DNA of 49,399 nucleotides from an uncultured Clostridia bacterium (GTDB lineage Bacteria; Bacillota; Clostridia; Oscillospirales; Ruminococcaceae): NCBI GenBank assembly GCA_947176675.1, contig CAMWRN010000001.1, positions 1 to 49,399 of the forward strand, read 5' to 3'. Shown piece by piece: positions 30,219 to 37,746 of this stretch (position 1 is its first letter; each line of letters starts with the position of its first letter). The notes under the pieces were generated by a model. It saw only the letters and a program-made list of their open reading frames with translations, ran no database searches and was not told where the DNA came from. The position numbers and the translations under genes were made by a program.

Positions 30219-30248
30219 ATTATATAACATTCCTATTATATCTGTCAA
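30219..30248 (-). promoter_or_regulatory. Sigma-A promoter of the rpmH operon
   Basis: On the minus strand: TTGACA, 18 nt, TATAAT. Confidence 0.6.
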
Positions 30249-30356
30249 GAGGTTTTAAAAAAAATTCACAATTGCAGAGAAATTTCCTTGATATTTCCTG
30301 CGGACAAGCATTTTATCTGTACATTATCTACTGTATTATACTTAAAGTATTATTAT

Positions 30357-30385
30357 TTAACAAAATATCCTATATGTGATATAAT
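30357..30385 (+). promoter_or_regulatory. Promoter of the decayed type I toxin paralogue
   Basis: TTAACA, 17 nt, TATAAT. Confidence 0.5.
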
Positions 30386-30428
30386 TTTTTTATTGTCGGC
30401 TTCTTCCGCAAGGAAGGAGGTGGAAGCC

Positions 30429-30458
30429 ATGGATTACTTATCATCATTTTTGATCTAG
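30429..30458 (+). pseudogene. Decayed type I toxin paralogue (MDYLSSFLI*)
   Basis: Preceded by the same 33-nt leader (30393-30425) as the intact copy. Codons 1-9 are homologous to MSYVISFLL, then an in-frame TAG plus a frame change. Confidence 0.55.
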
Positions 30459-30476
30459 TCGCGGCAAATTCAGCAT

Positions 30477-31061
30477 TTACCCATTGTTACGATAAAGCTT
30501 TCCAAGGCAATAACTAAAATAATCAGCATCAGGCGGCTGCAGCTCACCGATAAATTTCGGAAGACTGTCCGATAAAAATGTAAAAAAACGTATACTGTCA
30601 TCATTTTCGTCATAGTCCTCAATAAGTATATGACCTGTGTCACGCTCCATGCAAATATAATGCCAATAATACTGCGTTATCCCGATAGGTATGTATTTGT
30701 CCTTATCAATTTCATCAAAATCATAGGTAAACCATTCAAAAAGCTTATCCGTAACAGTTGAACCGAGTAAGATAAGTTCGCTTCGGTCCGGAGTTTTACA
30801 GTGATGTCCGCTTATATCAACATGACAAATCGAATAATACGCTTTTAAAATATTCGGCATTTCGTAACCGTAAAGCTCCTTAAAAAATGAAAAATCCAGC
30901 TTCCTTTCACGCGGAAAAAACAAACCGTTAAACCTGATATCATTCTCATACCTTGGCTCAGTCTCATAAAGACAATACTCTATATAATCAGGCGTGACAT
31001 CAATCTTGCTGAAATATTTTCCGAAGGCTAACTGCATTTTAAATCCCGAAAAATCAAACAT
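30477..31061 (-). CDS. Syd / SUKH (SMI1-KNR4)-like protein, possible immunity-type protein
   Basis: ORF 30477-31088. ATG 31061 is 7 nt after GGGAG. The C-terminal ...IPIGITQYYWHYICMERDTGHILIED...LSDSLPKFIGEL resembles the Syd/SUKH fold by memory only. Confidence 0.35.
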   Translation of the reverse strand: MFDFSGFKMQLAFGKYFSKIDVTPDYIEYCLYETEPRYENDIRFNGLFFPRERKLDFSFFKELYGYEMPNILKAYYSICHVDISGHHCKTPDRSELILLGSTVTDKLFEWFTYDFDEIDKDKYIPIGITQYYWHYICMERDTGHILIEDYDENDDSIRFFTFLSDSLPKFIGELQPPDADYFSYCLGKLYRNNG

Positions 31062-31128
31062 AGCCAATCTCCCAAGTTTGTCACACATTACAGTTTGCGT
31101 ACATTAGTATATTGTCATATATCAACTG

Positions 31129-32592
31129 CTAAATAACTTCCTTTAATATAAGGTATGCCACTGTAGCCAGCGATTTTGCTTCCACATAATTATAGTCTAT
31201 GGCAAAATTTCCGTCCTCAAGCAGACGCTTTATCTCGGAGATACGCTCAAATCCCGCCAAAGCCTCCCGCATATCGGGAATGACAAAATACGACCTTTGC
31301 ATAATGTGCCGTATCTCCGTCCTGAGACCGTGAGGAATAGGTTCCGCAGCTTCGTTTACTGGGAAATCACCGTTTTCAAGTTCTTCGAGAGGACAAAGCT
31401 CTTCCTCCGCAAGGCTCGCGCTGATATCCTCCGCAGCCTGTCTGCCGAAAACCAATGCCTCCAGCAGAGAATTTGAAGCAAGACGGTTGTTTCCGTGAAC
31501 GCCCGTGTGGCTGCATTCGCCTACCGCGTAAAGTCCGTCTATAGAAGACATAGCCTTTGTGTTGACATTTATGCCGCCCATAAGATAGTGCTGGCAGGGA
31601 TAAATTGGTATCATATCCTTGGTCATGTCAATGCCCTGACTGAGCAGATATTTGTAAATCATGGGGAAACGGTTTTTCAGGAATTCGGGATCCTTGTGAG
31701 TTATGTCCAGATAGAACTCGTCCGAATCAAGACGGCGGCCCTCGGTAACTATCGCGTGAGAGACCACGTCCCGGGGAGCAAGCTCCAGCCTCTCATCGTA
31801 ATTTCCCATAAATCTCTCACCGTGACAGTTTTTAAGGTATGCGCCCTCGCCACGCACAGCTTCGGAGATAAGGAAACATTCCCGCGTGTGCTTGTTGTTG
31901 AAAGCGGTCGGGTGGAACTGTATCAGGGACAGATTTTTAATATTCGCTCCCATTTCGTATGCGAGAGTAATACCATCTCCCGTAGCAATTGCGGAGTTTG
32001 TGGTGTAATCATAGACTCTGCCTATACCGCCCGTGGCAAGAATAAATTTTCTGCTGCTGCACGTCTGGTGTACACCGTCAACAAGAATATCCGCAGAAAA
32101 ACCCGTGGACGTTTTTTTCATTCTGCACAGCAAAGCGTTTTCCATAACGGTAACATTGGGAAGCTTTTTAACAGTTTCCTGAAGCTTCGTAGTGATCTCA
32201 AAGCCGGTGGAATCTTTATGATGAAAAATCCTGCGGCGGGAATGTCCGCCCTCCAAGGTGCGGTGGAGATTGCCGTTTTCATCACGGTCAAAGTCCACGC
32301 CGAGGGAGATTATCTTCTCGATCTCGTTTGCAGCCTCGGTCACAAGAATTTTCAGGCTGTCGGGATTGTTTTTGAATCCGCCCGCAATAAGGGTGTCGTT
32401 GGTATGCAGACGGGTACTGTCGTCCTCGGGCTGATAGACTGCGGCGATACCGCCTTGGGCAAGCGCAGAGTTGCAAAGGATAAGCTCCCGCTTGGTAATT
32501 ATCAGGACTTTTAAATGCTGCGGGAGACTGATCGCGGAGTAAAGACCTCCTGCGCCGGTACCCGCTATAATTACGTCATAATTTTCGGACAT
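31129..32592 (-). CDS. nadB: L-aspartate oxidase
   Basis: MSENYDVIIAGTGAGGLY FAD fold, ...EGGHSRRRI..., ...RLASNSLLE... The ORF-track start 32697 lies upstream of the gene's own promoter. Confidence 0.88.
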   Translation of the reverse strand: MSENYDVIIAGTGAGGLYSAISLPQHLKVLIITKRELILCNSALAQGGIAAVYQPEDDSTRLHTNDTLIAGGFKNNPDSLKILVTEAANEIEKIISLGVDFDRDENGNLHRTLEGGHSRRRIFHHKDSTGFEITTKLQETVKKLPNVTVMENALLCRMKKTSTGFSADILVDGVHQTCSSRKFILATGGIGRVYDYTTNSAIATGDGITLAYEMGANIKNLSLIQFHPTAFNNKHTRECFLISEAVRGEGAYLKNCHGERFMGNYDERLELAPRDVVSHAIVTEGRRLDSDEFYLDITHKDPEFLKNRFPMIYKYLLSQGIDMTKDMIPIYPCQHYLMGGINVNTKAMSSIDGLYAVGECSHTGVHGNNRLASNSLLEALVFGRQAAEDISASLAEEELCPLEELENGDFPVNEAAEPIPHGLRTEIRHIMQRSYFVIPDMREALAGFERISEIKRLLEDGNFAIDYNYVEAKSLATVAYLILKEVI

Positions 32593-32646
32593 TTTGTTTT
32601 CCTTCATTTCATAATAGTTTTGAATGTACCGGATATAAATACTGTA

Positions 32647-32675
32647 ATTATAGCACATAATTGTTAATAAATCAA
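32647..32675 (-). promoter_or_regulatory. Sigma-A promoter of the nadB / Syd-like operon
   Basis: On the minus strand: TTGATT, 17 nt, TATAAT with a TGc extended -10. Confidence 0.55.
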
Positions 32676-32719
32676 GATTTTGAGGTAAAATAGACATTTA
32701 CGCACGGCAACGGTCTGTG

Positions 32720-32749
32720 TTGACATATTTATTCATAATATGCTATAAT
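32720..32749 (+). promoter_or_regulatory. Promoter of the type I toxin mRNA
   Basis: TTGACA (32720-32725), 18 nt, TATAAT (32744-32749) with a TGc extended -10. Confidence 0.65.
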
Positions 32750-32756
32750 ATGACTG

Positions 32757-32789
32757 TTGTCGGCTTCTTCCGCAAGGAAGGAGGTGGAA
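32757..32789 (+). promoter_or_regulatory. Conserved structured 5' leader that occludes the SD
   Basis: TTGTCGGCTTCTTCCGCAAGGAAGGAGGTGGAA. The CTTCC-GCAA-GGAAG hairpin runs into the GGAGG SD. The 33 nt are identical at 30393-30425. Confidence 0.55.
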
Positions 32790-32792
32790 CTC

Positions 32793-32888
32793 ATGTCATA
32801 TGTCATTTCTTTTTTATTGTCCGTCGCGGCGAGTGTGGTTGGTAACTACATAAGCAAGAGGTTAGACGGTAACAAGCACGACAATTAA
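32793..32888 (+). CDS. Fst/Ldr-like type I toxin peptide (31 aa, single TM plus charged tail)
   Basis: Hand-translated as MSYVISFLLSVAASVVGNYISKRLDGNKHDN*. Below the ORF-track size cutoff. Has an SD, strong promoter and terminator. Confidence 0.6.
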   Translation: MSYVISFLLSVAASVVGNYISKRLDGNKHDN

Positions 32889-32905
32889 CCCAAAATTTCC
32901 CCAGC

Positions 32906-32945
32906 AAACAAAAACCCCTAAGTCACTACCTTAGGGGTTTTTGTA
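32906..32945. terminator. Bidirectional rho-independent terminator
   Basis: CCCCTAAG-N7-CTTAGGGG (32915-32937) with AAACAAAAA before it and TTTTTGTATTT after it. Confidence 0.8.
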
Positions 32946-32984
32946 TTTGCGTGTCCTCACGGAACATACATCATTTCTTTTGTA
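32906..32984 (-). ncRNA. Candidate antitoxin sRNA (about 75-80 nt), convergent with the toxin mRNA
   Basis: Has its own promoter at 32990-33018 and ends at the shared terminator. Contains AGAAAUGAUGUAUG, which is complementary to toxin codons 2-6. Confidence 0.45.
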
Positions 32985-32989
32985 CTTTT

Positions 32990-33018
32990 ATTATACACCA
33001 CGGAATTACTTTTGTCAA
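32990..33018 (-). promoter_or_regulatory. Promoter of the candidate antitoxin sRNA
   Basis: On the minus strand: TTGACA (33018-33013), 17 nt, TATAAT (32995-32990). The -35 overlaps the XRE stop codon. Confidence 0.55.
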
Positions 33019-33248
33019 GACTTTTTTGGATACGGTTTTTTAACGTTCGTTCTGCCGATAAGATAATCCGTGCTTGTGCCGAATATATCCGCAATGCCGC
33101 TCAGTATCTCAATGGGGATACCACGGACGCCGTTTTCATAGCTTGAATAAGTTCTGCGGTTCAGAAAAAGCCTGTCCGCCATTTGCTGCTGAGTCATATC
33201 GGAATCTTCCCTTAAATTGCGTATTCTTTCATATACCACGGCAATCAC
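33015..33248 (-). CDS. XRE-family helix-turn-helix transcriptional regulator
   Basis: 77 aa with ...MTQQQMADRLFLNRRTYSSYENGVRGIPIEIL... HTH_3-like sequence. GTG start at 33248 or 33239. Confidence 0.85.
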   Translation of the reverse strand: MIAVVYERIRNLREDSDMTQQQMADRLFLNRRTYSSYENGVRGIPIEILSGIADIFGTSTDYLIGRTNVKKPYPKKS

Positions 33249-33265
33249 CTCAACGGGATTATATC

Positions 33266-33309
33266 ATGCCACAATTTGAGCCATCGACATTTGGCACAAA
33301 TTGTGGCAT
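33266..33309. promoter_or_regulatory. Operator-like inverted repeat in the XRE / DUF1273 divergent promoter region
   Basis: ATGCCACAATTTG (33266-33278), 18 nt, CAAATTGTGGCAT (33297-33309). This is a perfect 13-bp IR. The left arm lies between the -35 and -10 of the XRE promoter (TGaTATAAT). Confidence 0.55.
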
Positions 33310-33338
33310 ATTATTTATATACAAAAAATAAGGAGAAT

Positions 33339-33776
33339 ATGATTATGAAAGAAAAAACGGCAGTTTTTATTGGACACAACAGTACTGTAGGTCTTGACAC
33401 AAAGCTTCTTGAACAAACAATAATAAATTTAATCGAAGAAAACATTACAACATTTCTCTCCGGAGGCATGGGCGGATTTGACAGAATATCTGCAAGAATT
33501 GTTTATAACCTTAAAAAGACTTATCCAAAAATTAAAAATTATCTTGTTATCCCATACCTTAACTTTAATATCTTCGATCAAAGTTTATTTGATGAAATAA
33601 TATTTCCGGAAGAACTTGAGTTTATTCCGTATAAAGCTGCTATACCCAGACGAAACAAGTATATAATAGAACACTCAAACACAGCAATCTGTTTTGTAAA
33701 AAATAATTTCGGAGGAGCAGCAAAAAGTTTTGAACTTGCAAAAAAGAACAGATTAAATATAATAAACTTAATATGA
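33339..33776 (+). CDS. DUF1273 / SLOG-family (YpsA-like) protein
   Basis: AGGAG then ATG 33339 or 33345. ...AVFIGH...FLSGGMGGFDRISARIVYNLKKTYPKIKNYLVIPY... matches the YpsA/SLOG pattern by memory only. Confidence 0.6.
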   Translation: MIMKEKTAVFIGHNSTVGLDTKLLEQTIINLIEENITTFLSGGMGGFDRISARIVYNLKKTYPKIKNYLVIPYLNFNIFDQSLFDEIIFPEELEFIPYKAAIPRRNKYIIEHSNTAICFVKNNFGGAAKSFELAKKNRLNIINLI

Positions 33777-33982
33777 TAAATCCACTGTCGGCAAAATATT
33801 TTGTTTTTTTAATATTCGATATTTTCAACTATAAAAAATCCTCTTTTTTAGTAAAAAAGTACTTTACAAGCAAGATTATTTGTGTTAAAATAATATCAGC
33901 GTATGTACTATATATAATACCGCTTTACAGCAGTATCATATATGTCGTGTCATACAATATGTTTTTAGGAGGATTGTCCAAA

Positions 33983-36900
33983 ATGGCAAGAAAAAAACAA
34001 ACCATGGACGGCAACAACGCTGCGGCGTGGGTCTCTTATCCCTTTACCGACGTTGCTGCTATCTACCCGATTACCCCTTCCTCTGTTATGGCTGAGGTAA
34101 CCGATCAGTGGGCTGCAAAAAATCAGAACAACCTGTTCGGTCAGCCCGTAAAAGTAGCTGAAATGCAGTCCGAGGCAGGCGCTGCCGGTACTGTTCACGG
34201 CTCGCTTTCCGCAGGCGCGCTTACCACCACCTACACAGCTTCTCAGGGTCTGCTCCTGATGATCCCTAATATGTACAAGATCGCCGGCGAGCTTCTCCCC
34301 TGCGTTATCCACGTTTCCGCAAGATGCGTAGCTTCACACGCTCTTAACATCTTCGGCGACCACTCCGACGTTTATGCATGCCGTCAGACAGGCTTTGCTA
34401 TGCTCTGCGCTTCAAACGTTCAGGAGGTTATGGATCTGGGCGCTGTTGCTCACCTCTCCACAATCAAGGGAAGAGTTCCCGTTCTCCACTTCTTCGACGG
34501 CTTCCGTACTTCTCACGAGATCCAGAAGATCGACGCTTGGGATTACAAGGACCTTGAGGATATGCTTGACAAGAAAGCCGCTCAGGCATTCAGAAACCGT
34601 TCCCTCAATCCTGAGCACCCCGTACTTCGCGGTACCGCTCAGAACGGCGATATCTTCTTCCAGGCTCGCGAGGCTTGCAACGAATACTACAACAAGTTCC
34701 CCGAGATCGTTGAAGAGTACATGAACAAGGTAAACAAGAAGATAGGCACAAACTACAAGCCTTTCAACTACTACGGCGCACCCGACGCTGACCATGTTAT
34801 CATCGCTATGGGTTCCGTATGCGACACTATTGAAGAGACTATCGACTTCCTCAACAAGGAATACGGCGCTAAGCTGGGTCTTGTTAAGGTTCGTCTGTAC
34901 AGACCTTTCTGTGCTGACAAGCTTGTTGAAGCTCTTCCCGAAACAGTTAAGCAGATCTCCGTTCTCGACAGAACAAAGGAGCCCGGCTCTCTGGGCGAAC
35001 CTCTCTATCTGGACGTTGTTGCAGCTCTTAAGGGCACTAAGTACCACAACGTTGTTATCTGCGGCGGACGCTACGGTCTTGGCTCCAAGGATACAACTCC
35101 CGACCAGATCAAGGCTGTTTACTGGAACGACTATAAGAAGGACACCTACAAGCCCAGATTTACTATCGGTATCACCGACGACGTTACAAATCTGTCTCTT
35201 CCCAGCGAGGGCAAGCTTGATACAGCTCCCGAGGGAACAGTTGCTTGTAAGTTCTGGGGTCTCGGCTCCGACGGTACAGTCGGCGCAAACAAGAACTCCA
35301 TCAAGATCATCGGCGACCACACCGATATGTACGCTCAGGCATATTTTGCTTACGACTCCAAGAAGTCGGGCGGCGTAACGGTTTCTCACCTCCGCTTCGG
35401 CAAGACTCCCATCAAGTCCACATACCTTGTTAATATGGCTGACTTCGTTGCTTGTCATAACCAGTCCTATATCGACAAGTATAATATGGTACAGGACATC
35501 AAGCCCGGCGGAACGTTCCTCCTCAACTGCCAGTGGAGCAAGGACGAGGTAGAGCAGTATCTCCCCGGTCAGGTAAAGAGATACCTTGCTGAGAACAATA
35601 TCAAGTTCTATATCATCGACGGCGTTGACATTGCAAGAAAGATCGGTCTGGGCAACAGAACCTCCACAGTTCTCCAGTCTGCATTCTTCAAGCTTGCAAA
35701 TATCATTCCCGAGGCTGACGCTATCAAGTACATGAAGGAAAAGGCTCTCGCTTCCTTCGGCAAGAAGGGCGACGACGTAGTTAAGATGAACTACGACGCT
35801 ATCGACGCGGGCGCTAAGAACGTTGTTGAGATCACCGTTCCCGATTCCTGGAAGACCTGCAAGGATTCCAAGATGGGTATGCCTAAGGCTAAGGGCGACA
35901 GAAAGGATCTTGTAAACTATGTTAACAATATCCAGATCCCCGTAAACGCTCAGATGGGTGACACTCTTCCCGTTTCCGCGTTCAAGAATATGCCCGACGG
36001 TACATTCCCTCAGGGTTCTGCCGCATACGAAAAGAGAGGTATCGCTGTAGACGTTCCTTCATGGAACCCAGACAACTGTATCCAGTGTAACTTCTGTTCT
36101 TATGTTTGTCCTCACGCTGTAATCCGTCCTGTTGTTATGACCGACGACGAGCTGAAGAGCGCTCCCGAAGGAACAAAGGGTCTGAAGATCGCAGGTCTGG
36201 ACAAGATGAATTTCGTTATGACAGTTTCCGCTCTGGACTGCACAGGCTGCGGTTCCTGCGCAAACGTATGCCCCGGCAAGAAGGGTGAAAAGGCTCTCAC
36301 AATGAAGCCTCTCGCAGAGCAGCTCGCTTCTCAGAATCTGTTCGCTTACGGACAGGAGCTTCCCGAGAAGAAGGAAGTTGCAGAGAAGTTCAAGGAAACA
36401 ACTGTCAAGGGTTCGCAGTTCAAGCAGCCTCTGCTTGAATTCTCCGGCGCATGCGCAGGCTGCGGCGAGACTCCTTACGCTAAGCTGGTAACACAGCTCT
36501 TCGGCGACAGAATGTTCATCGCAAACGCAACAGGATGTTCTTCAATCTGGGGCGGTTCCGCACCTTCCACTCCTTATACAGTAAACAAAGAGGGCAAGGG
36601 TCCTGCTTGGGCTAACTCCCTGTTTGAGGATAACGCAGAGTACGGCTACGGTATGTTCCTTGCACAGAATACTCTCCGTCAGAGAGCTGTTGCTAAGCTG
36701 CTCGAAATGCAGAAATCCGCTAAGGGCGGACTCAAGACCGCTATTGAGAACTATATGTCCACAATGAACGACGGCAATGCAAACAAGGCTGCTACAACAG
36801 AGCTTATAAAGGCTCTTGAGGGAAGCAAGTCCGATGCTGCCACAGAAATTCTGGAGCTTAAGGATTACTTGGGCAAGAAGTCTATGTGGGTATTCGGCGG

Positions 36901-37573
36901 CGACGGTTGGGCATACGATATCGGCTTCTCCGGTCTCGACCACGTTATCGCTTCCGGTGAGGACGTGAACATCTTCGTATTTGATACAGAGGTTTACTCC
37001 AACACAGGCGGACAGTCTTCTAAGTCTACACCTACAGGCGCTATCGCACAGTTTGCTGCTGCAGGTAAGGAGACCAAGAAGAAAGACCTTGCAGGTATTG
37101 CAATGAGCTACGGCTACGTTTATGTTGCGCACATCGCAATGGGCGCTGACATGAATCAGTGTATCAAGGCTATCACCGAGGCTGAGGCTTACAACGGTCC
37201 TTCCCTCATCATTGCTTACGCTCCTTGTATCAACCACGGTATCAAGGCCGGCATGAGCAAGGCTATGGAGGAAGAAAAGAAGGCTGTTGAGGCAGGCTAC
37301 TGGCACCTCTACAGATACAATCCTGCTCTTAAGGACGAGGGCAAGAATCCGTTCTCGCTGGACAGCAAGGTACCTGCTGTTGACGAGAAGTACAAGGACT
37401 TCCTCATGGGCGAGGTTCGTTACAATGCTCTTGCACGTCAGAATCCCGAAAGAGCAGACAAACTCTTTACAAAGGCTCTCAACAATGCAAAGGATCGTTA
37501 CGATTACCTTACCAGACTTACAAAGCTGTACGGTACGGAAGAAGCCCCCAAGACCGACGCTGCTAAGAAGTAA
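33983..37573 (+). CDS. nifJ: Pyruvate:ferredoxin (flavodoxin) oxidoreductase
   Basis: AGGAGG then ATG 33983 (MARKKQTMDGNNAAAWVSYPF). Two 4Fe-4S CxxCxxCxxxCP motifs and a TPP domain GGDGWAYDIG. The ORF-track start 33773 is a spurious extension. Confidence 0.97.
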   Translation: MARKKQTMDGNNAAAWVSYPFTDVAAIYPITPSSVMAEVTDQWAAKNQNNLFGQPVKVAEMQSEAGAAGTVHGSLSAGALTTTYTASQGLLLMIPNMYKIAGELLPCVIHVSARCVASHALNIFGDHSDVYACRQTGFAMLCASNVQEVMDLGAVAHLSTIKGRVPVLHFFDGFRTSHEIQKIDAWDYKDLEDMLDKKAAQAFRNRSLNPEHPVLRGTAQNGDIFFQAREACNEYYNKFPEIVEEYMNKVNKKIGTNYKPFNYYGAPDADHVIIAMGSVCDTIEETIDFLNKEYGAKLGLVKVRLYRPFCADKLVEALPETVKQISVLDRTKEPGSLGEPLYLDVVAALKGTKYHNVVICGGRYGLGSKDTTPDQIKAVYWNDYKKDTYKPRFTIGITDDVTNLSLPSEGKLDTAPEGTVACKFWGLGSDGTVGANKNSIKIIGDHTDMYAQAYFAYDSKKSGGVTVSHLRFGKTPIKSTYLVNMADFVACHNQSYIDKYNMVQDIKPGGTFLLNCQWSKDEVEQYLPGQVKRYLAENNIKFYIIDGVDIARKIGLGNRTSTVLQSAFFKLANIIPEADAIKYMKEKALASFGKKGDDVVKMNYDAIDAGAKNVVEITVPDSWKTCKDSKMGMPKAKGDRKDLVNYVNNIQIPVNAQMGDTLPVSAFKNMPDGTFPQGSAAYEKRGIAVDVPSWNPDNCIQCNFCSYVCPHAVIRPVVMTDDELKSAPEGTKGLKIAGLDKMNFVMTVSALDCTGCGSCANVCPGKKGEKALTMKPLAEQLASQNLFAYGQELPEKKEVAEKFKETTVKGSQFKQPLLEFSGACAGCGETPYAKLVTQLFGDRMFIANATGCSSIWGGSAPSTPYTVNKEGKGPAWANSLFEDNAEYGYGMFLAQNTLRQRAVAKLLEMQKSAKGGLKTAIENYMSTMNDGNANKAATTELIKALEGSKSDAATEILELKDYLGKKSMWVFGGDGWAYDIGFSGLDHVIASGEDVNIFVFDTEVYSNTGGQSSKSTPTGAIAQFAAAGKETKKKDLAGIAMSYGYVYVAHIAMGADMNQCIKAITEAEAYNGPSLIIAYAPCINHGIKAGMSKAMEEEKKAVEAGYWHLYRYNPALKDEGKNPFSLDSKVPAVDEKYKDFLMGEVRYNALARQNPERADKLFTKALNNAKDRYDYLTRLTKLYGTEEAPKTDAAKK

Positions 37574-37609
37574 TTGATATTGGGCTTTTAATAAGTATCA
37601 TATGGATAA

Positions 37610-37638
37610 AAGGCTGCCGAAATTTCGGCAGCCTTTTT
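37610..37638 (+). terminator. Rho-independent terminator after nifJ
   Basis: GGCTGCCGA-AATT-TCGGCAGCC followed by TTTTTG. Confidence 0.85.
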
Positions 37639-37746
37639 GTGATACTAAAAAATTTGCAGATATTCATAAATACTTTTTCAAGATTTGTTTAAACCGCTGA
37701 ATATTTTCAGCTCTGTGACATTTCGGCTTTTTCGGGGATATATAAA

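Noticed and set aside
30036-30248. 70-aa minus-strand ORF over the rpmH locus
   Set aside because: Wrong frame. The true rpmH (44 aa, MKRTYQPKK...) is 30011-30145, with a GGAGGAG SD.
31495-32514. 339-aa + strand ORF
   Set aside because: It is antisense to nadB and has no motifs or translation signals.
33773-33982. 70-codon N-terminal extension of the PFOR ORF (also 32593-32697 for nadB, 24172-24264 for mnmG, 5060-5122 for gyrB, 21390-21449 for parA)
   Set aside because: The extensions are AT-rich, contain promoters or lack an SD. A conserved N-terminus with a strong SD begins at the internal ATG in each case.
34412-35458. 348-aa minus-strand ORF, plus the other listed ORFs inside 33965-37577
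   Set aside because: They are antisense or out of frame within the PFOR gene, with low-complexity V/L/S-rich translations. PFOR is supported by its Fe-S and TPP motifs.
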